A DNA stretch of 62,999 bases, filler included, from Octopus bimaculoides (GCF_001194135.2; 5 parts of 5 records of this genome joined end to end with filler, not necessarily neighbours in it), one strand, 5' to 3'; counted from the whole stretch's first letter, positions 1 through 12,188 are shown. Notes: a model not told the origin generated them from the letters alone. Numbers and translations: made by a program.

Positions 1-76
<76 letters not shown>
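1..76. repeat. (TATC)n-(TA)n compound microsatellite
   Basis: Directly visible tandem repeat. Confidence 0.95.
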
Positions 77-78
<2 letters not shown>

Positions 79-1241
79 ACAATAGGTAGACAAAATGAAT
101 TCAAAAACTAGTGGACAAACTGTGAACATTGAAAAAAACAACATACTAATATAAAGATTATATCAGTTAAAGAAAGAATGAAGTGAAAAGTAGACTAATG
201 ATCCGGATAAAACTTACATGAAATTGCAAGAACACAAAGAGTAGGGATGAAAAAAAAAACAGAATCAATAAACGAAAAGATAGCTTGTTAAAGTGGTTGT
301 TTACTTTTCGATTACATACTGTTGTACGTGCTTTGGAAGAGAAGTAGAAAGACAGACTCGTCGGCGCTAAGATTAAATGGAGATCACGTGATTAAATGGT
401 GGTATGAGAGAGTATAGGAGCGCCTAGGTGAAAGAAGGGATTAGTGTTGAAGGTCACGATGGAAGAGGTTGAGAAGGAAGGAGAAGGCTTTTCAGAGAAG
501 ATGGTTAAGGGCGTTTAAAATCCGTGTGAATGTGTGTGTGCTTGCACTCGCATTTGAATAACAATATGAGTTTGTTTGTATGTGGGCATGTGTGTGAATG
601 ATGAGAGTATTAGTGAAGTTATATATTTAGTGATATATTTAGTTAATGGGATATATATATATATGTGTGTGTTTGTGTGTGTGTATAGAGATGAGTTAAA
701 TTAGAGGCTCTAACAACCGTCTAATGGATACTTGCATCTAAGGAATTAACTGGTGTCTTACCTATTTGTGATTATGAGTATTAGTATTAATGCTCATAAA
801 TGATAAGGTAAGGAAAAGAATAAACCGAAGTTTATCTATGTTTAAGGAAAATAAGTAAATGGAGATAAAATTCATAATTGATAAACATCAGCTCTCATTT
901 ATTGACAAAATCTCATCTGACAGCTGTTTCTGTTGGTGCTATTTACCTTAAATAGCGCTAACAGAAATTGCTGTCAGATGGGATCTTGTCATTTTTATAA
1001 TCAATAATTGATAGTTGATGTTTATCAATTATCAATTTTATCTCCCTCTTCTTTTTCTCTTTGTACATATATATATATATATATACATATATAGCGAGAG
1101 AGTGAGAGAGAGAGATTACGGAGATGTACTTGCATAGCAACTCACCTGATCTGAGATTGTGTGCTGGAACGCAACCAATTGCAGCATTGAAGGTGTTTAT
1201 AAGCCATTTAAAACACACAAAAACCGTTAGATTCGCTTCAA

Positions 1242-1391
1242 CATTTAAATTTAATTTGCCAAAATATTTTCGTCGCTTTGAGACCGCGACCTGTCCACTG
1301 GCAAAATTCTGACATGCAGCACAGAATTTTGCCAGTGAACATGTCGCGGTCCCAAAGCGACGAAAATATTTTCGCAAATTAAATTTAGATG
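1242..1391. repeat. Long inverted repeat (70-bp arms, 10-nt loop), cut off by an assembly gap; probable palindromic MITE
   Basis: 1242-1311 is the near-perfect reverse complement of 1322-1391; loop ACATGCAGCA. Confidence 0.85.
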
Positions 1392-2559
1392 NNNNNNNNN
1401 NNNNNNNNNNNNNNNNNNNNNNNNNNNNNNNNNNNNNNNNNNNNNNNNNNNNNNNNNNNNNNNNNNNNNNNNNNNNNNNNNNNNNNNNNNNNNNNNNNNN
1501 NNNNNNNNNNNNNNNNNNNNNNNNNNNNNNNNNNNNNNNNNNNNNNNNNNNNNNNNNNNNNNNNNNNNNNNNNNNNNNNNNNNNNNNNNNNNNNNNNNNN
1601 NNNNNNNNNNNNNNNNNNNNNNNNNNNNNNNNNNNNNNNNNNNNNNNNNNNNNNNNNNNNNNNNNNNNNNNNNNNNNNNNNNNNNNNNNNNNNNNNNNNN
1701 NNNNNNNNNNNNNNNNNNNNNNNNNNNNNNNNNNNNNNNNNNNNNNNNNNNNNNNNNNNNNNNNNNNNNNNNNNNNNNNNNNNNNNNNNNNNNNNNNNNN
1801 NNNNNNNNNNNNNNNNNNNNNNNNNNNNNNNNNNNNNNNNNNNNNNNNNNNNNNNNNNNNNNNNNNNNNNNNNNNNNNNNNNNNNNNNNNNNNNNNNNNN
1901 NNNNNNNNNNNNNNNNNNNNNNNNNNNNNNNNNNNNNNNNNNNNNNNNNNNNNNNNNNNNNNNNNNNNNNNNNNNNNNNNNNNNNNNNNNNNNNNNNNNN
2001 NNNNNNNNNNNNNNNNNNNNNNNNNNNNNNNNNNNNNNNNNNNNNNNNNNNNNNNNNNNNNNNNNNNNNNNNNNNNNNNNNNNNNNNNNNNNNNNNNNNN
2101 NNNNNNNNNNNNNNNNNNNNNNNNNNNNNNNNNNNNNNNNNNNNNNNNNNNNNNNNNNNNNNNNNNNNNNNNNNNNNNNNNNNNNNNNNNNNNNNNNNNN
2201 NNNNNNNNNNNNNNNNNNNNNNNNNNNNNNNNNNNNNNNNNNNNNNNNNNNNNNNNNNNNNNNNNNNNNNNNNNNNNNNNNNNNNNNNNNNNNNNNNNNN
2301 NNNNNNNNNNNNNNNNNNNNNNNNNNNNNNNNNNNNNNNNNNNNNNNNNNNNNNNNNNNNNNNNNNNNATATATATATATATATATATATATAAGATTAG
2401 TGTAATTAGGCTATGCCATGTGTAGGTATAACGGTGTATGTATGTGATATATTTTGTACAGAAGGGAATGACGTTGTGCAGTTAGTGAACGTGACTGTAC
2501 TATTCATTCTTAAGAGAGAGGATCATCCCAAGCGAAAGATGCGCTGTACTTTCATATGT

Positions 2560-2885
2560 TGGAGAGAATCGGATTAGTTATGGTGTAAAAAGACAACAAA
2601 TCTTGGGGGATACTGAAGCCTGTAGGTGGGTAAGCTAAAACGACGACTAACAGACGATGCGGTATTAGTTTAGCGAATGTCTCGTAAGTTTTCCGCAAAA
2701 ATAGCCGCAAATCTGCGTCCCATTTCTCCAATGTGTTGCGATCCATACAGAAAAGACATGTGAAATATATTATGTCTTTTTTTGTGTGTGTGATACAAGG
2801 CAAACCCTCACTGATGTTGACGGGGATGCTCTTTGTGTGTTAGAAGGAGTTGGGAAGCTACGAAAGAAAAGAGCACACATATACT
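2560..2885 (-). mobile_element. Penelope-like element GIY-YIG endonuclease relic
   Basis: Frameshifted minus-strand translation gives ...TCSFLS...DIIYFTCLFC / HIGEMGRRFAAIFAENLRDIR*TNTASSVSRRF. This resembles the PLE motif CxTC...IYCIxCxxC..YIGETGRRLxxRFxEHLRDI. Recognised by eye. Confidence 0.65.
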
Positions 2886-3844
2886 CACACAGATACCCAC
2901 CCCGTACGACCGCATACGTGTCTCTTTCTCTCTCTCACTCACTACCTTTCTCTCTCACTCGCTCATATATATATATATATATATATANNNNNNNNNNNNN
3001 NNNNNNNNNNNNNNNNNNNNNNNNNNNNNNNNNNNNNNNNNNNNNNNNNNNNNNNNNNNNNNNNNNNNNNNNNNNNNNNNNNNNNNNNNNNNNNNNNNNN
3101 NNNNNNNNNNNNNNNNNNNNNNNNNNNNNNNNNNNNNNNNNNNNNNNNNNNNNNNNNNNNNNNNNNNNNNNNNNNNNNNNNNNNNNNNNNNNNNNNNNNN
3201 NNNNNNNNNNNNNNNNNNNNNNNNNNNNNNNNNNNNNNNNNNNNNNNNNNNNNNNNNNNNNNNNNNNNNNNNNNNNNNNNNNNNNNNNNNNNNNNNNNNN
3301 NNNNNNNNNNNNNNNNNNNNNNNNNNNNNNNNNNNNNNNNNNNNNNNNNNNNNNNNNNNNNNNNNNNNNNNNNNNNNNNNNNNNNNNNNNNNNNNNNNNN
3401 NNNNNNNNNNNNNNNNNNNNNNNNNNNNNNNNNNNNNNNNNNNNNNNNNNNNNNNNNNNNNNNNNNNNNNNNNNNNNNNNNNNTATATATATACTATGCT
3501 TCCTTTTATTATGCAGTATCAATCATTCCTCAATAAAATCAAAGCCCCTTGTCCGATTTTCTTACATATTTTACGGAATATGTAGGATTATGTATCCCAT
3601 GTCTCGTGTACTTTTCGTCTAAATCGGTGCACATTTAAAGTAAAAATAAAGAAAAATACGTTTATGAGTGTTTCTTTTTATTATGCAGGTTAACAAAATT
3701 CTGCTTTGCGCCATCTGATATGTGATTTTGAAATGTTTTTTCTCTCAATTTCAAATACAGAACGTATAGCAACAGGTCGAAGTAAAGATAAAACATCAAA
3801 GGAGAAGATATAGTGAAACTACTGTGGATACAACAATTGTAATT

Positions 3845-4670
3845 TCTAAAATGCTAAATCGAGGTCACAGAACAATAAAAGAACAGGTGCAAAACATCGA
3901 GAATAAGGAAGAAAACGGGTTTCAAGAACATCACAAATAAAGATAAGAGAATACTCAATAGAATAATGTAAAAGAAAATTGGGTTAACCAGTAAACAAAT
4001 ATTTAAGTAAGCAGGAATCTCTTACATACAAAGGAAAAAACGTTGTACAATACTAAAAGAAATAGGCAAAGTCATACATTTCGCAAAATTGCCTCCTTTA
4101 AATAAAGTACACAAAGAAAAAAGGGTGACATATGCAGAAAGATATATGAACACAGACTTTATAAATGTAATTTTGACTGACGAGCGCGAAGTAGCATTAG
4201 TTGGATCTGATGGATGGGTGAGGGGCTAGATGTTACATGGAAAAAGTTAACCAACATGATTAAGAAGACAGCAGAGAGGTGGAGAAATCATGTTTTGGGC
4301 TGGTAGAGTTGGAGGAGACATTATAGGTTCATTTAAGGTTGCTGATGGATTTCAAAATAAATGCTGAAAATTACTGCAAGTTTCTAGATGACGTCTTCCA
4401 GTGGTACGAGTTATCATCGCTAAGTTTCAAGTTAAAGAGCATATTTATGAAAGACAATGCCCCTTCACAATCTGCCAAACTCACTATTAACAATTTAGCT
4501 AAGAAAGGTTTCAAAGAACATCAGATAATAGAATTTTCCCACCCAATCTCCAGATCTAAACCTAATAGAGAATTTGTGGTCAATTATTAAAAAAGATGTA
4601 CATTCTAATGGTAAACAATATCCAAACAAGGATTTGCTATAGGGAAAAATAAAAACTGCTGCGAGTAATA
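3845..4670 (+). pseudogene. Degenerate Tc1-type (DDE) transposase
   Basis: Motifs DFINVILTDE (D 4179-4181), GSDGWVRG, RRQQRGGEIMFWAG, FMKDNAPS (D 4453-4455) and SPDLNLIENLWSIIK (E 4568-4570), with stops and frameshifts. Confidence 0.85.
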
Positions 4671-4671
4671 T

Positions 4672-4772
4672 TCTTTTCTACTCGAGGAATAAAGTCCGAA
4701 ATTTTCGGGGAGGGACGGACCACTCAATTAGATCGACCCCAGTACGCAACTGGTACTTAATTTATCAGTCAC
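4672..4772 (-). mobile_element. SINE family A, 3' fragment
   Basis: Matches the other copies in this window (GATAAATTAAGTACCAGTT...GGGGTCGAT...AAAATTTCGG). Confidence 0.75.
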
Positions 4773-4964
4773 CTGAAACATAATATTCATGAGAATATGT
4801 GAACCGAGGAAAGAAATTATAGTATTCAGGCCCAAATTTATTCGAAGTTTAAATTTAAATTTTCATAGATTTGTCACAAAAATAATTCAAACTATGAAAA
4901 TTAATGAAGAACATGTACACACAAACACACACACACACACACATACACACACACACATATATCT

Positions 4965-5160
4965 ACTCTTTTACTCTTTTATTCCTTTCAGTCATTTAAC
5001 TGCGGCCACGCTGGAGCCCGCCTTTAAGTGGAACAAATCGACCCCAGAACTTATTCTTTGTAAGCCTAGTACTTATTCTATCGCTCTCTTTTGCCGAAAC
5101 GCTAAGTTACGGGGACGTAAACACATCAACATCGGTTGTCAAGCGATGGTGGTAGGACGA
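4965..5160 (-). mobile_element. SINE family B, 3' half
   Basis: Reverse complement of GACAACCGATGTTG..GTTTACGTCCCCGTAACTTAGCG...CCAGCATGGCCGCAGTCAAATGACTGAAA, shared with 6212-6553 and 46030-46245. Confidence 0.85.
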
Positions 5161-5215
5161 ACAGACAGACAGACACACACAAACATACATACATACATAC
5201 ATATATATATATGTA

Positions 5216-5266
<51 letters not shown>

Positions 5267-5524
5267 NNNNNNNNNNNNNNNNNNNNNNNNNNNNNNNNNN
5301 NNNNNNNNNNNNNNNNNNNNNNNNNNNNNNNNNNNNNNNNNNNNNNNNNNNNNNNNNNNNNNNNNNNNNNNNNNNNNNNNNNNNNNNNNNNNNNNNNNNN
5401 NNNNNNNNNNNNNNNNNGCTGATAAAGAAGTGTTGATTTTTTAGAGGTATTAATGAATGACTTACAGGGATTTAGGGCTTTGAATTTCTTTGTTGGCAGA
5501 AAAGAAATTGTATAACGTTAACAA

Positions 5525-5738
5525 AAGGCGGCCAGCCGGCAGGAAGGTTAGCACGCCGGATGAAATGCTTAGCGATATATCATATCTTTACGTTCAGAGT
5601 TCAAATTCCACCGAGGTCGACTTTGCCTTTCATCGCTTCGCGGTCGATAAATTAAGTACCAGTTGCATATCGGCATCGCTAAATCGACTGGCCCCCTTCC
5701 TCAAAATTTCGGGCCTTGTGCCTAGAGGAGAAAAGAAT
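5525..5738 (+). mobile_element. SINE family A (tRNA-derived), near full length
   Basis: tRNA-like head with a B-box-like GAGTTCAAATTCC, followed by GAGGTCGACTTTGCCTTTCATC; more than 15 related copies in the window. Confidence 0.9.
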
Positions 5739-6211
5739 CCAATCTTAAGAACGTTACTTATTATATTTAATACGTTGAGGAATTCGAGCAGACTCTAATG
5801 GTTTTTTTTTTCATTTGCGTTATTAAAGGAAGTAATGTGTAGAATAAATCTATTTTTAAGTATTTGCAGTGACACTGATATACGAAAAAAGGGACGTAAG
5901 GTTTAGTGAAGGGAGGGTTTGAGAGATATGTTCAGAGGAATTACGTGTAGGTGAGGCGAGGTATATTGTGAAGTGAAAGATTGTCATGAACAGCAGACGT
6001 GCAATAAAGTATTTGATTCGTAAGGCATTTTCCTCGCTGAGGCAAGCTTCTATATTATTGAAGATCGAGATATTTATGATATTTTCAGCTGGATTTGTGT
6101 TTGGTTGGAATCGGCAATGAAGAAAAGATTATTAGCACCAGAATAGCAGAATTCATATTGTCGTTGTTTGTTAGCTTGTTGAGTTGCATTATTGTAACAG
6201 CTGGAAGCATT

Positions 6212-6553
6212 TTTTGGTGTGGCTGTGTGGTAAGGAGCTTGCTTCACAACCACATGGTTCCAGGTTCAGTCCCACACCGACTTGTGAATCGATTTGGTAG
6301 ACGGAAACTGAAAGAAGCCCGTCGTATATGTATATGCTTATTTTTGTGTGTCTGTGTTTATCTCCCACTATAGCTTGACAACCGATGTTGGTGTGTTTAC
6401 GTTCCTGTAACCTAGCGGTTCGGAAAAACAGACCGATAGAATAAGTACTAGGCTTACAAAGAATAAGTCCTGGGTCAATTTCTTCGAGAAAAAGTGGTGC
6501 TCCAGCATGGCCGCAGTCAAATGACTGATAGAAGTAAAGAATAAAAGAATAAA
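6212..6553 (+). mobile_element. SINE family B (tRNA-derived), near full length
   Basis: Head GTGGCTGTGTGGTAAG...GGTTCAGTCCC (A/B-box-like); body and A-rich tail shared with several other copies. Confidence 0.88.
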
Positions 6554-7212
6554 TAATTATTGTGTGGTGCATTGTAACAAATTATACTGACACTGTCAAG
6601 CACATTCACGGATGCTGCATCAGAACCAGTATGGCTTGATCAAAATAAACTGACATTTCTTGACTGTTTACCTCAGGTGTGGCACATTTGTGACCCGAAT
6701 TTACAACAGTTATTAAATCGATTTCTTTCCCGCATTATAAGAATGTCTCCCTCTTCACTATTTTTAATGTTTTACTTCTTTGTCCATATACCCGCCCAGA
6801 CACACACTCAACCCCACACGCATACACCCACACGTTCACCCTCCCACTCACATATACGCGGCTCACGTTTCCTTTTTAGTCCTTGAGTTTAATCAAGATG
6901 AGTGATGAAAAACAAAAACCGTGACGATGGAATTGTACGTAAAAATATTTTATTTGGGTATGGTAGGAAATAACTAGCAAATGTTTGACGTGATAAGGTA
7001 TGGATAATGATTTCACGTCGACTGGAAGTGATTATGGTGTGAAATTTATAACAAAGGCGTTGCGTCAAGAGGTTTCCATCGCACACTTTTACAACACACT
7101 TTGGTAAAGTGAAAGTCAGTCTCCCATTTTCCACCATGGCTTCCGAGGTAATTATAAATATATTTGCATTACTTAAATGGAAAGTGACAATAGGAAAAGG
7201 GATAGAAAGATT

Positions 7213-7228
7213 GAGAGAGAGAGAGAAC

Positions 7229-7287
<59 letters not shown>

Positions 7288-7295
7288 CGATAGAG
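7213..7295. repeat. (GA)n microsatellite
   Basis: Directly visible. Confidence 0.95.
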
Positions 7296-8214
7296 AGAGA
7301 AGTTAGAGAGATAAGGGTGAGAAACAGATAGATTGTGTGAGAAAGTGACAAAGAGGTAAAATGTGAAGCAATACAAGAACAGAAATCGCGAATGCATTTG
7401 GATGAATTACAATCTAATTTATGCACGAAGTTCCATTGTTACGTTGTTTCCGTTATTATGAATTTAAATTATTTGAGGCATACGTAAATTGAATCAATGT
7501 TTCTTCAATTTGTAATGAGAAGTGGTCACAAGGAAGACCTCTGATAAACTTTTGCGTAGTAAGTCAAGGACTGGAGTGATATGAAAAATAATACATAATA
7601 AGTAAATCTCTTAATTTCACTTGCTATTTCTAGAATCAAACATATGGAATTGGAAAAATACTAGAACAAATGTGAAGAACGTTGAAGTTAAATATCTCGC
7701 AGGCGTATGGTATCATTGCAAATATAATGCACGAACACTTTTGAGACAATCCATACAGTATAATTGCAATAGTTTCTTGATATTCTTGTCGAAAATCTAA
7801 TACCATTTTACCATATGAGCTAACAGTAAGAACGATTGACTGAAGAACAGCGAAAAAGCGGAATGCCTGGAAGCGATTGCGCGGTATTATCAGCAAAATA
7901 CAGCAAACAAATGAGTTAATATTTAAAATAGCATCCTAAAGGTGGATAAAGAAGAATGAAAATCTAACACGTGATTTATTGTCATTGTATTGAGATAACT
8001 GATATTTCTGTCTGAAAATACTTTCATATTTCCAATAAACAACTTCGTTTATTTTACCGTAGGAAGTCGAACTCCAATTAAAATTATCCTGGGGGGAATA
8101 TATTTGAGTTAACTATTTTGAAAAATTGCGACCTATTCAAACTGAATGCCGTATCTTTGGAAAGGTGAAAATTGTAACACTTGTAACTTTATTTGTATTT
8201 TCGATATGTCTCTT

Positions 8215-8345
8215 GTGGTTACAATCTTGCTCCCCAACTACATTGTTTTGCGTTCACTTCCACTGCGGGATAGCTTGGATAAGTGTCTTCTACTGTAACT
8301 CCGAGTCGACCGAAACCGTGAGAGTGGATTTGGTAGATAGGAGGT
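8215..8345 (+). mobile_element. SINE family B, diverged 5' fragment
   Basis: CCACTGCGGGATAGCTTGGATAAGTGTCTTCTACT...GTGGATTTGGTAGA matches family B. Confidence 0.7.
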
Positions 8346-8387
8346 GAAAAAAGACAGCTGTGTACATATATATGTACACACACACAC

Positions 8388-8419
<32 letters not shown>

Positions 8420-8840
8420 NNNNNNNNNNNNNNNNNNNNNNNNNNNNNNNNNNNNNNNNNNNNNNNNNNNNNNNNNNNNNNNNNNNNNNNNNNNNNNNNN
8501 NNNNNNNNNNNNNNNNNNNNNNNNNNNNNNNNNNNNNNNNNNNNNNNNNNNNNNNNNNNNNNNNNNNNNNNNNNNNNNNNNNNNNNNNNNNNNNNNNNNN
8601 NNNNNNNNNNNNNNNNNNNNNNNNNNNNNNNNNNNNNNNNNNNNNNNNNNNNNNNNNNNNNNNNNNNNNNNNNNNNNNNNNNNNNNNNNNNNNNNNNNNN
8701 NNNNNNNNNNNNNNNNNNNNNNNNNNNNNNNNNNNNNNNNNNNNNGATGGCACCATGAAAGAAAGTATTGAATGTAGATGAAATATTGAATATAAAGGAT
8801 CAAATATATAAATATATAAATATAAATATATATATATAAA

Positions 8841-8880
8841 GGCGACTCGAGTTTCAGGGCTATTTCCCTTCGTCATGGCC
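8841..8880 (-). ncRNA. Minimal type I hammerhead ribozyme-like motif (one core deviation)
   Basis: The minus strand reads GGCC AUGACGA AGGG-AAAUAG-CCCU GAAA CUCGAG UC GCC. It has core xUGANGA, a 4-bp helix II, GAAA, a palindromic helix III (ACUCGAGU) and a GUC triplet. Confidence 0.65.
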
Positions 8881-8899
8881 GGTATGACAGACTTTAACA

Positions 8900-8939
<40 letters not shown>

Positions 8940-8950
8940 AATAAATAAAA

Positions 8951-9373
8951 TCAACAGGAAGTAGTACGTTTAGACATTTATTTATTAAACACTACACATG
9001 TTTGGATACAACATAGATCCACATATACACAGGTTATAAATTAAGCAAATGTTTACCTGCATAATGGGATCCAGTTGTATCTCCTCAGGTGATATATAAT
9101 CGCTGTCCCCGTAAGTAAATCTTTTACTTTGATGCTAACACACCCAACTGGCTCTTTTGCATCTCGTAGATGCCAGTTAGATGTGTTAACATCAAAGTCA
9201 AAGATTTACTTGTGGGGACAGTGATTATAGATCACCTGAGGAGATACAACTGGATCCCATTATACAGGTAAACCTTTGCTTAATTTATACCTTGTGTATA
9301 TGTGGATCTATGTTTTATCGAAACATGTGTAGTGTTTATTAAATAACTGTCTAAATGTACTGCTTCCGATTGA
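8951..9373. mobile_element. Foldback/palindromic MITE-like element (~200-bp arms, ~19-nt loop)
   Basis: 8951-9152 is the high-identity reverse complement of 9172-9373. Confidence 0.85.
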
Positions 9374-9419
9374 CTCTATTCAATTTTCTATTTTTCACAC
9401 ACGATGAATGCCTAAGCTT

Positions 9420-9780
9420 AGACTTCGAATACTATCGGCTATTTGGTCATTCTAAGGATGAACGAGCTCTGTTTTGTACTCTAATACGTTCCTCACTCTC
9501 CTGTTCTTGTTAACACTTTCACCCTCCGCAAAAACTTCCAAATTTTATTTAATTGGCTTTGCGGAAGGACTGTTCCAACCAAGTAGCGTATTGTCCTTGC
9601 CTTCGAAACACGGAGTAGATGGAACAGGGACAACTGACAAAGGGTTATACTCTTTATGCTGCATGTCTCGTTTCTCTGTTTCTTTTTTTTCGTTGTTCGA
9701 AAGAAAATTCGTTTTCTGTTTTCGTCTTCATGTATTCGCCTCTCTTTGTGTTTAACGTTTTTTTGATGTCCTGTACCCAT
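9420..9780 (+). repeat. Interspersed repeat related to 29000-29290, possibly from a Penelope terminal region
   Basis: Shares GGAGTAGAT.GAcA..gACAACTGA..AAGGG...TGTTTTC with the minus strand of 29000-29290. The family assignment is inference. Confidence 0.55.
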
Positions 9781-9842
9781 ATATGCATGCATGTATACAT
9801 ATAGATGTAGGTATGTACATGTATGTATGGATATATGCATAT

Positions 9843-9878
<36 letters not shown>

Positions 9879-9884
9879 TTAGGG

Positions 9885-10040
9885 AATATATATTAGTTGA
9901 AATGTACAGAAAACAGGTGTATAAACAACAGGCAGGGGTATTAGTTTAACGCTAGGGAAGGCGAGAAAGACTTTTACGTTTCGAGCCACGCTCTTCAACA
10001 GAAAGGAACACGAAGAAATAAACAGAGAGACAACAAAAAA
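9885..10040 (-). mobile_element. Short (~200 bp) dispersed element with a decayed hammerhead motif (family H)
   Basis: Homologous to 11987-12190, 25165-25335, 28725-28810 and 41728-41905. The HHR-like segment is 9971-10005. Confidence 0.75.
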
Positions 10041-10069
10041 AAAAAAACTTTTGGAGTTACAAGTGTGTG

Positions 10070-10265
10070 TGCGTTTGGTTTTGTCTGTTCTGCCGTTTTA
10101 CAACCGATGTTTGTTTGTTTATATGCCTGTAACTTAGCAGTTCGGTGGAAGAGAGCAATTGATTTAAAAACGAAATAAATATTGAGATCGATTTCTTCGA
10201 TTAATATTTTCAAAACAGTCCCCAGCATAGCCGCAGCTCATTGACTAAAACAAGTAAATGATAAA
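10070..10265 (+). mobile_element. SINE family B, 3' half
   Basis: ACAACCGATGTT...GTAACTTAGCAGTTCGG...CCAGCATAGCCGCAG. Confidence 0.8.
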
Positions 10266-10419
10266 AGGTAAACCTGGTCAAACCACATTTCAACGTGATT
10301 TAGTTAAGATATACATAGAGGGAGGCGTGTATAAGATGTTATACATACAGATCTATGTGGTTGTGGGTGTATGTATATATGTGTGTGTGGCTGTGTGGGT
10401 ATGTATAGATGCACATTAG

Positions 10420-11160
10420 TAGATGTCTAATATTGGCTTCAAATATTTGGCACATGGCCAGTAAGTTCGAGCTGGGGAATTAGTCGATTACATCATCTCC
10501 AGTACTAAACTAGCACTAATTGTATCGAATTCGAAAGGTTGAAAGGCAAAATCGACCTCAGCGGAATTTGAACTCAGAACAGAATGCGGGACGAAATGGC
10601 ACTAAGCATTTTACATGGCATGGTGACGATGCTTTCATCTCGCATGGTACTTATTTTACGAACTCCAAAATGGATGGAAGGCAAATTCGGCCTGAGCAGA
10701 ATTTGAACTCGGAACGTAAATACAAACGAAATGCCACTAAGCATTTTGTCGGACATGCTAATGACTCTGCCAGTTCGCCGCCTTGGTTGGTGCTTAATAT
10801 TGATTCTGTTGAGGTCGACTTTGCCTTTCATCCTTTCGGGATCGATAAATTAAGTACCAGTTGTGTACTGCGGTCGACTAATCGACTGGCCCCCTCCCCC
10901 AAAATTTCGGGCCTTGTGCCTAGATTAGAAAAGAATATTGATTTATTGATTTTCAATTTGGGCAGAAGGCCAGCGATTTGTGTGAAGGATTAAGTCGATT
11001 ACATCCAGTCCAGTGCACAACTGGTACTTATTTTATCCACCTTGAAAGGATGAAAGGCAAAGCCGACATCAGTGGAAGTTGAACTCAGAACGTAAGAATG
11101 GACGAAATTCTGTTAAGAATTTTACCCGGCATGCTAACTATTTTGCCAGCTCGCCGCCCA
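10420..11160. mobile_element. Cluster of SINE family A copies in alternating orientation (minus about 10420-10790, plus about 10805-10935, minus about 10950-11160)
   Basis: Repeated GGATGAAAGGCAAAGTCGACCTC/GAATTTGAACTCAGAAC and its complement. Confidence 0.85.
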
Positions 11161-11855
11161 GGTAGATGTCTAAAATTGACAAGTCACTGCCATAACAATA
11201 GCAACGGACATCACTTCCCTGTTCACTGTGACAAAATATTGTAAAATAAATTATATTTAATCTAACTTTTGCATCATCTATTTTATCACTTTAATTCATA
11301 TTTGTTGTCATTATTTCAGTTGATTTTTAAAGATTACTTTTGAAATCTAAAGTTAATGAGATAAGAAAATACAGTCGAGAATTATAAATGCCAAGTTTTG
11401 AAACATTTAGTTTTCGACATGTTTCAAGCATTTATAAAAAGCCAAAAAAAAAAAAAAAGATTATTTTAATTGAACAAAAATAAAATCAATAATTACATGT
11501 GCAATACTTGCCCATCGCCTAATTTTCACTTATACATTCAACATGATTATTTTTTTTAAAGTTTTCAAGCAGTTATAAAGCTTAAGCTGTCCAAGTTACA
11601 TGCCATATAAAATGCCAAACTCTTTTAAACTTCTTGCGTGTATACGAAGTTTGTATCAATAATGGAAGTCTATATTTGGAATATTTTGAAATCACTAGTG
11701 AATTTTACATAATTGCATAAATGCGTGTGACTGCCGATTGAATTTTGCATATGCAAATACATACGTACATATACATACATACAAGCATACAAACAAACAA
11801 CAAAACAAACAAACGTGCATACATGCATGCACACACACACATATATATATATATA

Positions 11856-11963
11856 CTTACAGGTATTTAAACAGATATATATATACGAACATACGTTTAT
11901 ATACATGCCTGCAAAGGAATAGTTGTATGTATATTTATATGTACCTATTCAAATACCTGTAAG
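11856..11963. mobile_element. TA-flanked mini-MITE candidate with TIR CTTACAGGTATTT
   Basis: 13-bp perfect inverted termini, extendable with mismatches, inside (TA)n. Confidence 0.5.
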
Positions 11964-11986
11964 TATATATATATATATATATATAT

Positions 11987-12188
11987 AGGGAGAATTCACA
12001 AAAAAACAAAAAAAAACAAAAGACGATAATAGGTGGTGTAGACAACAGACTGATGTATTAGTATAACGCTCGGGAAGTGAAAAAGTCTGTAACGTTTCGA
12101 GCCTACACTCTTCCATAGAAAGGAACACAGAAAAAAAAAAACAAGGAGAGAAAATAAAGAATGTGTAGTGGATAGCGATCTATCATGG

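Noticed and set aside
300-520. Purine-rich segment (also 5880-6060, 28480-28700 and 40380-40640) resembling decayed retroelement coding sequence
   Set aside because: No motif could be recovered with enough confidence to name a family.
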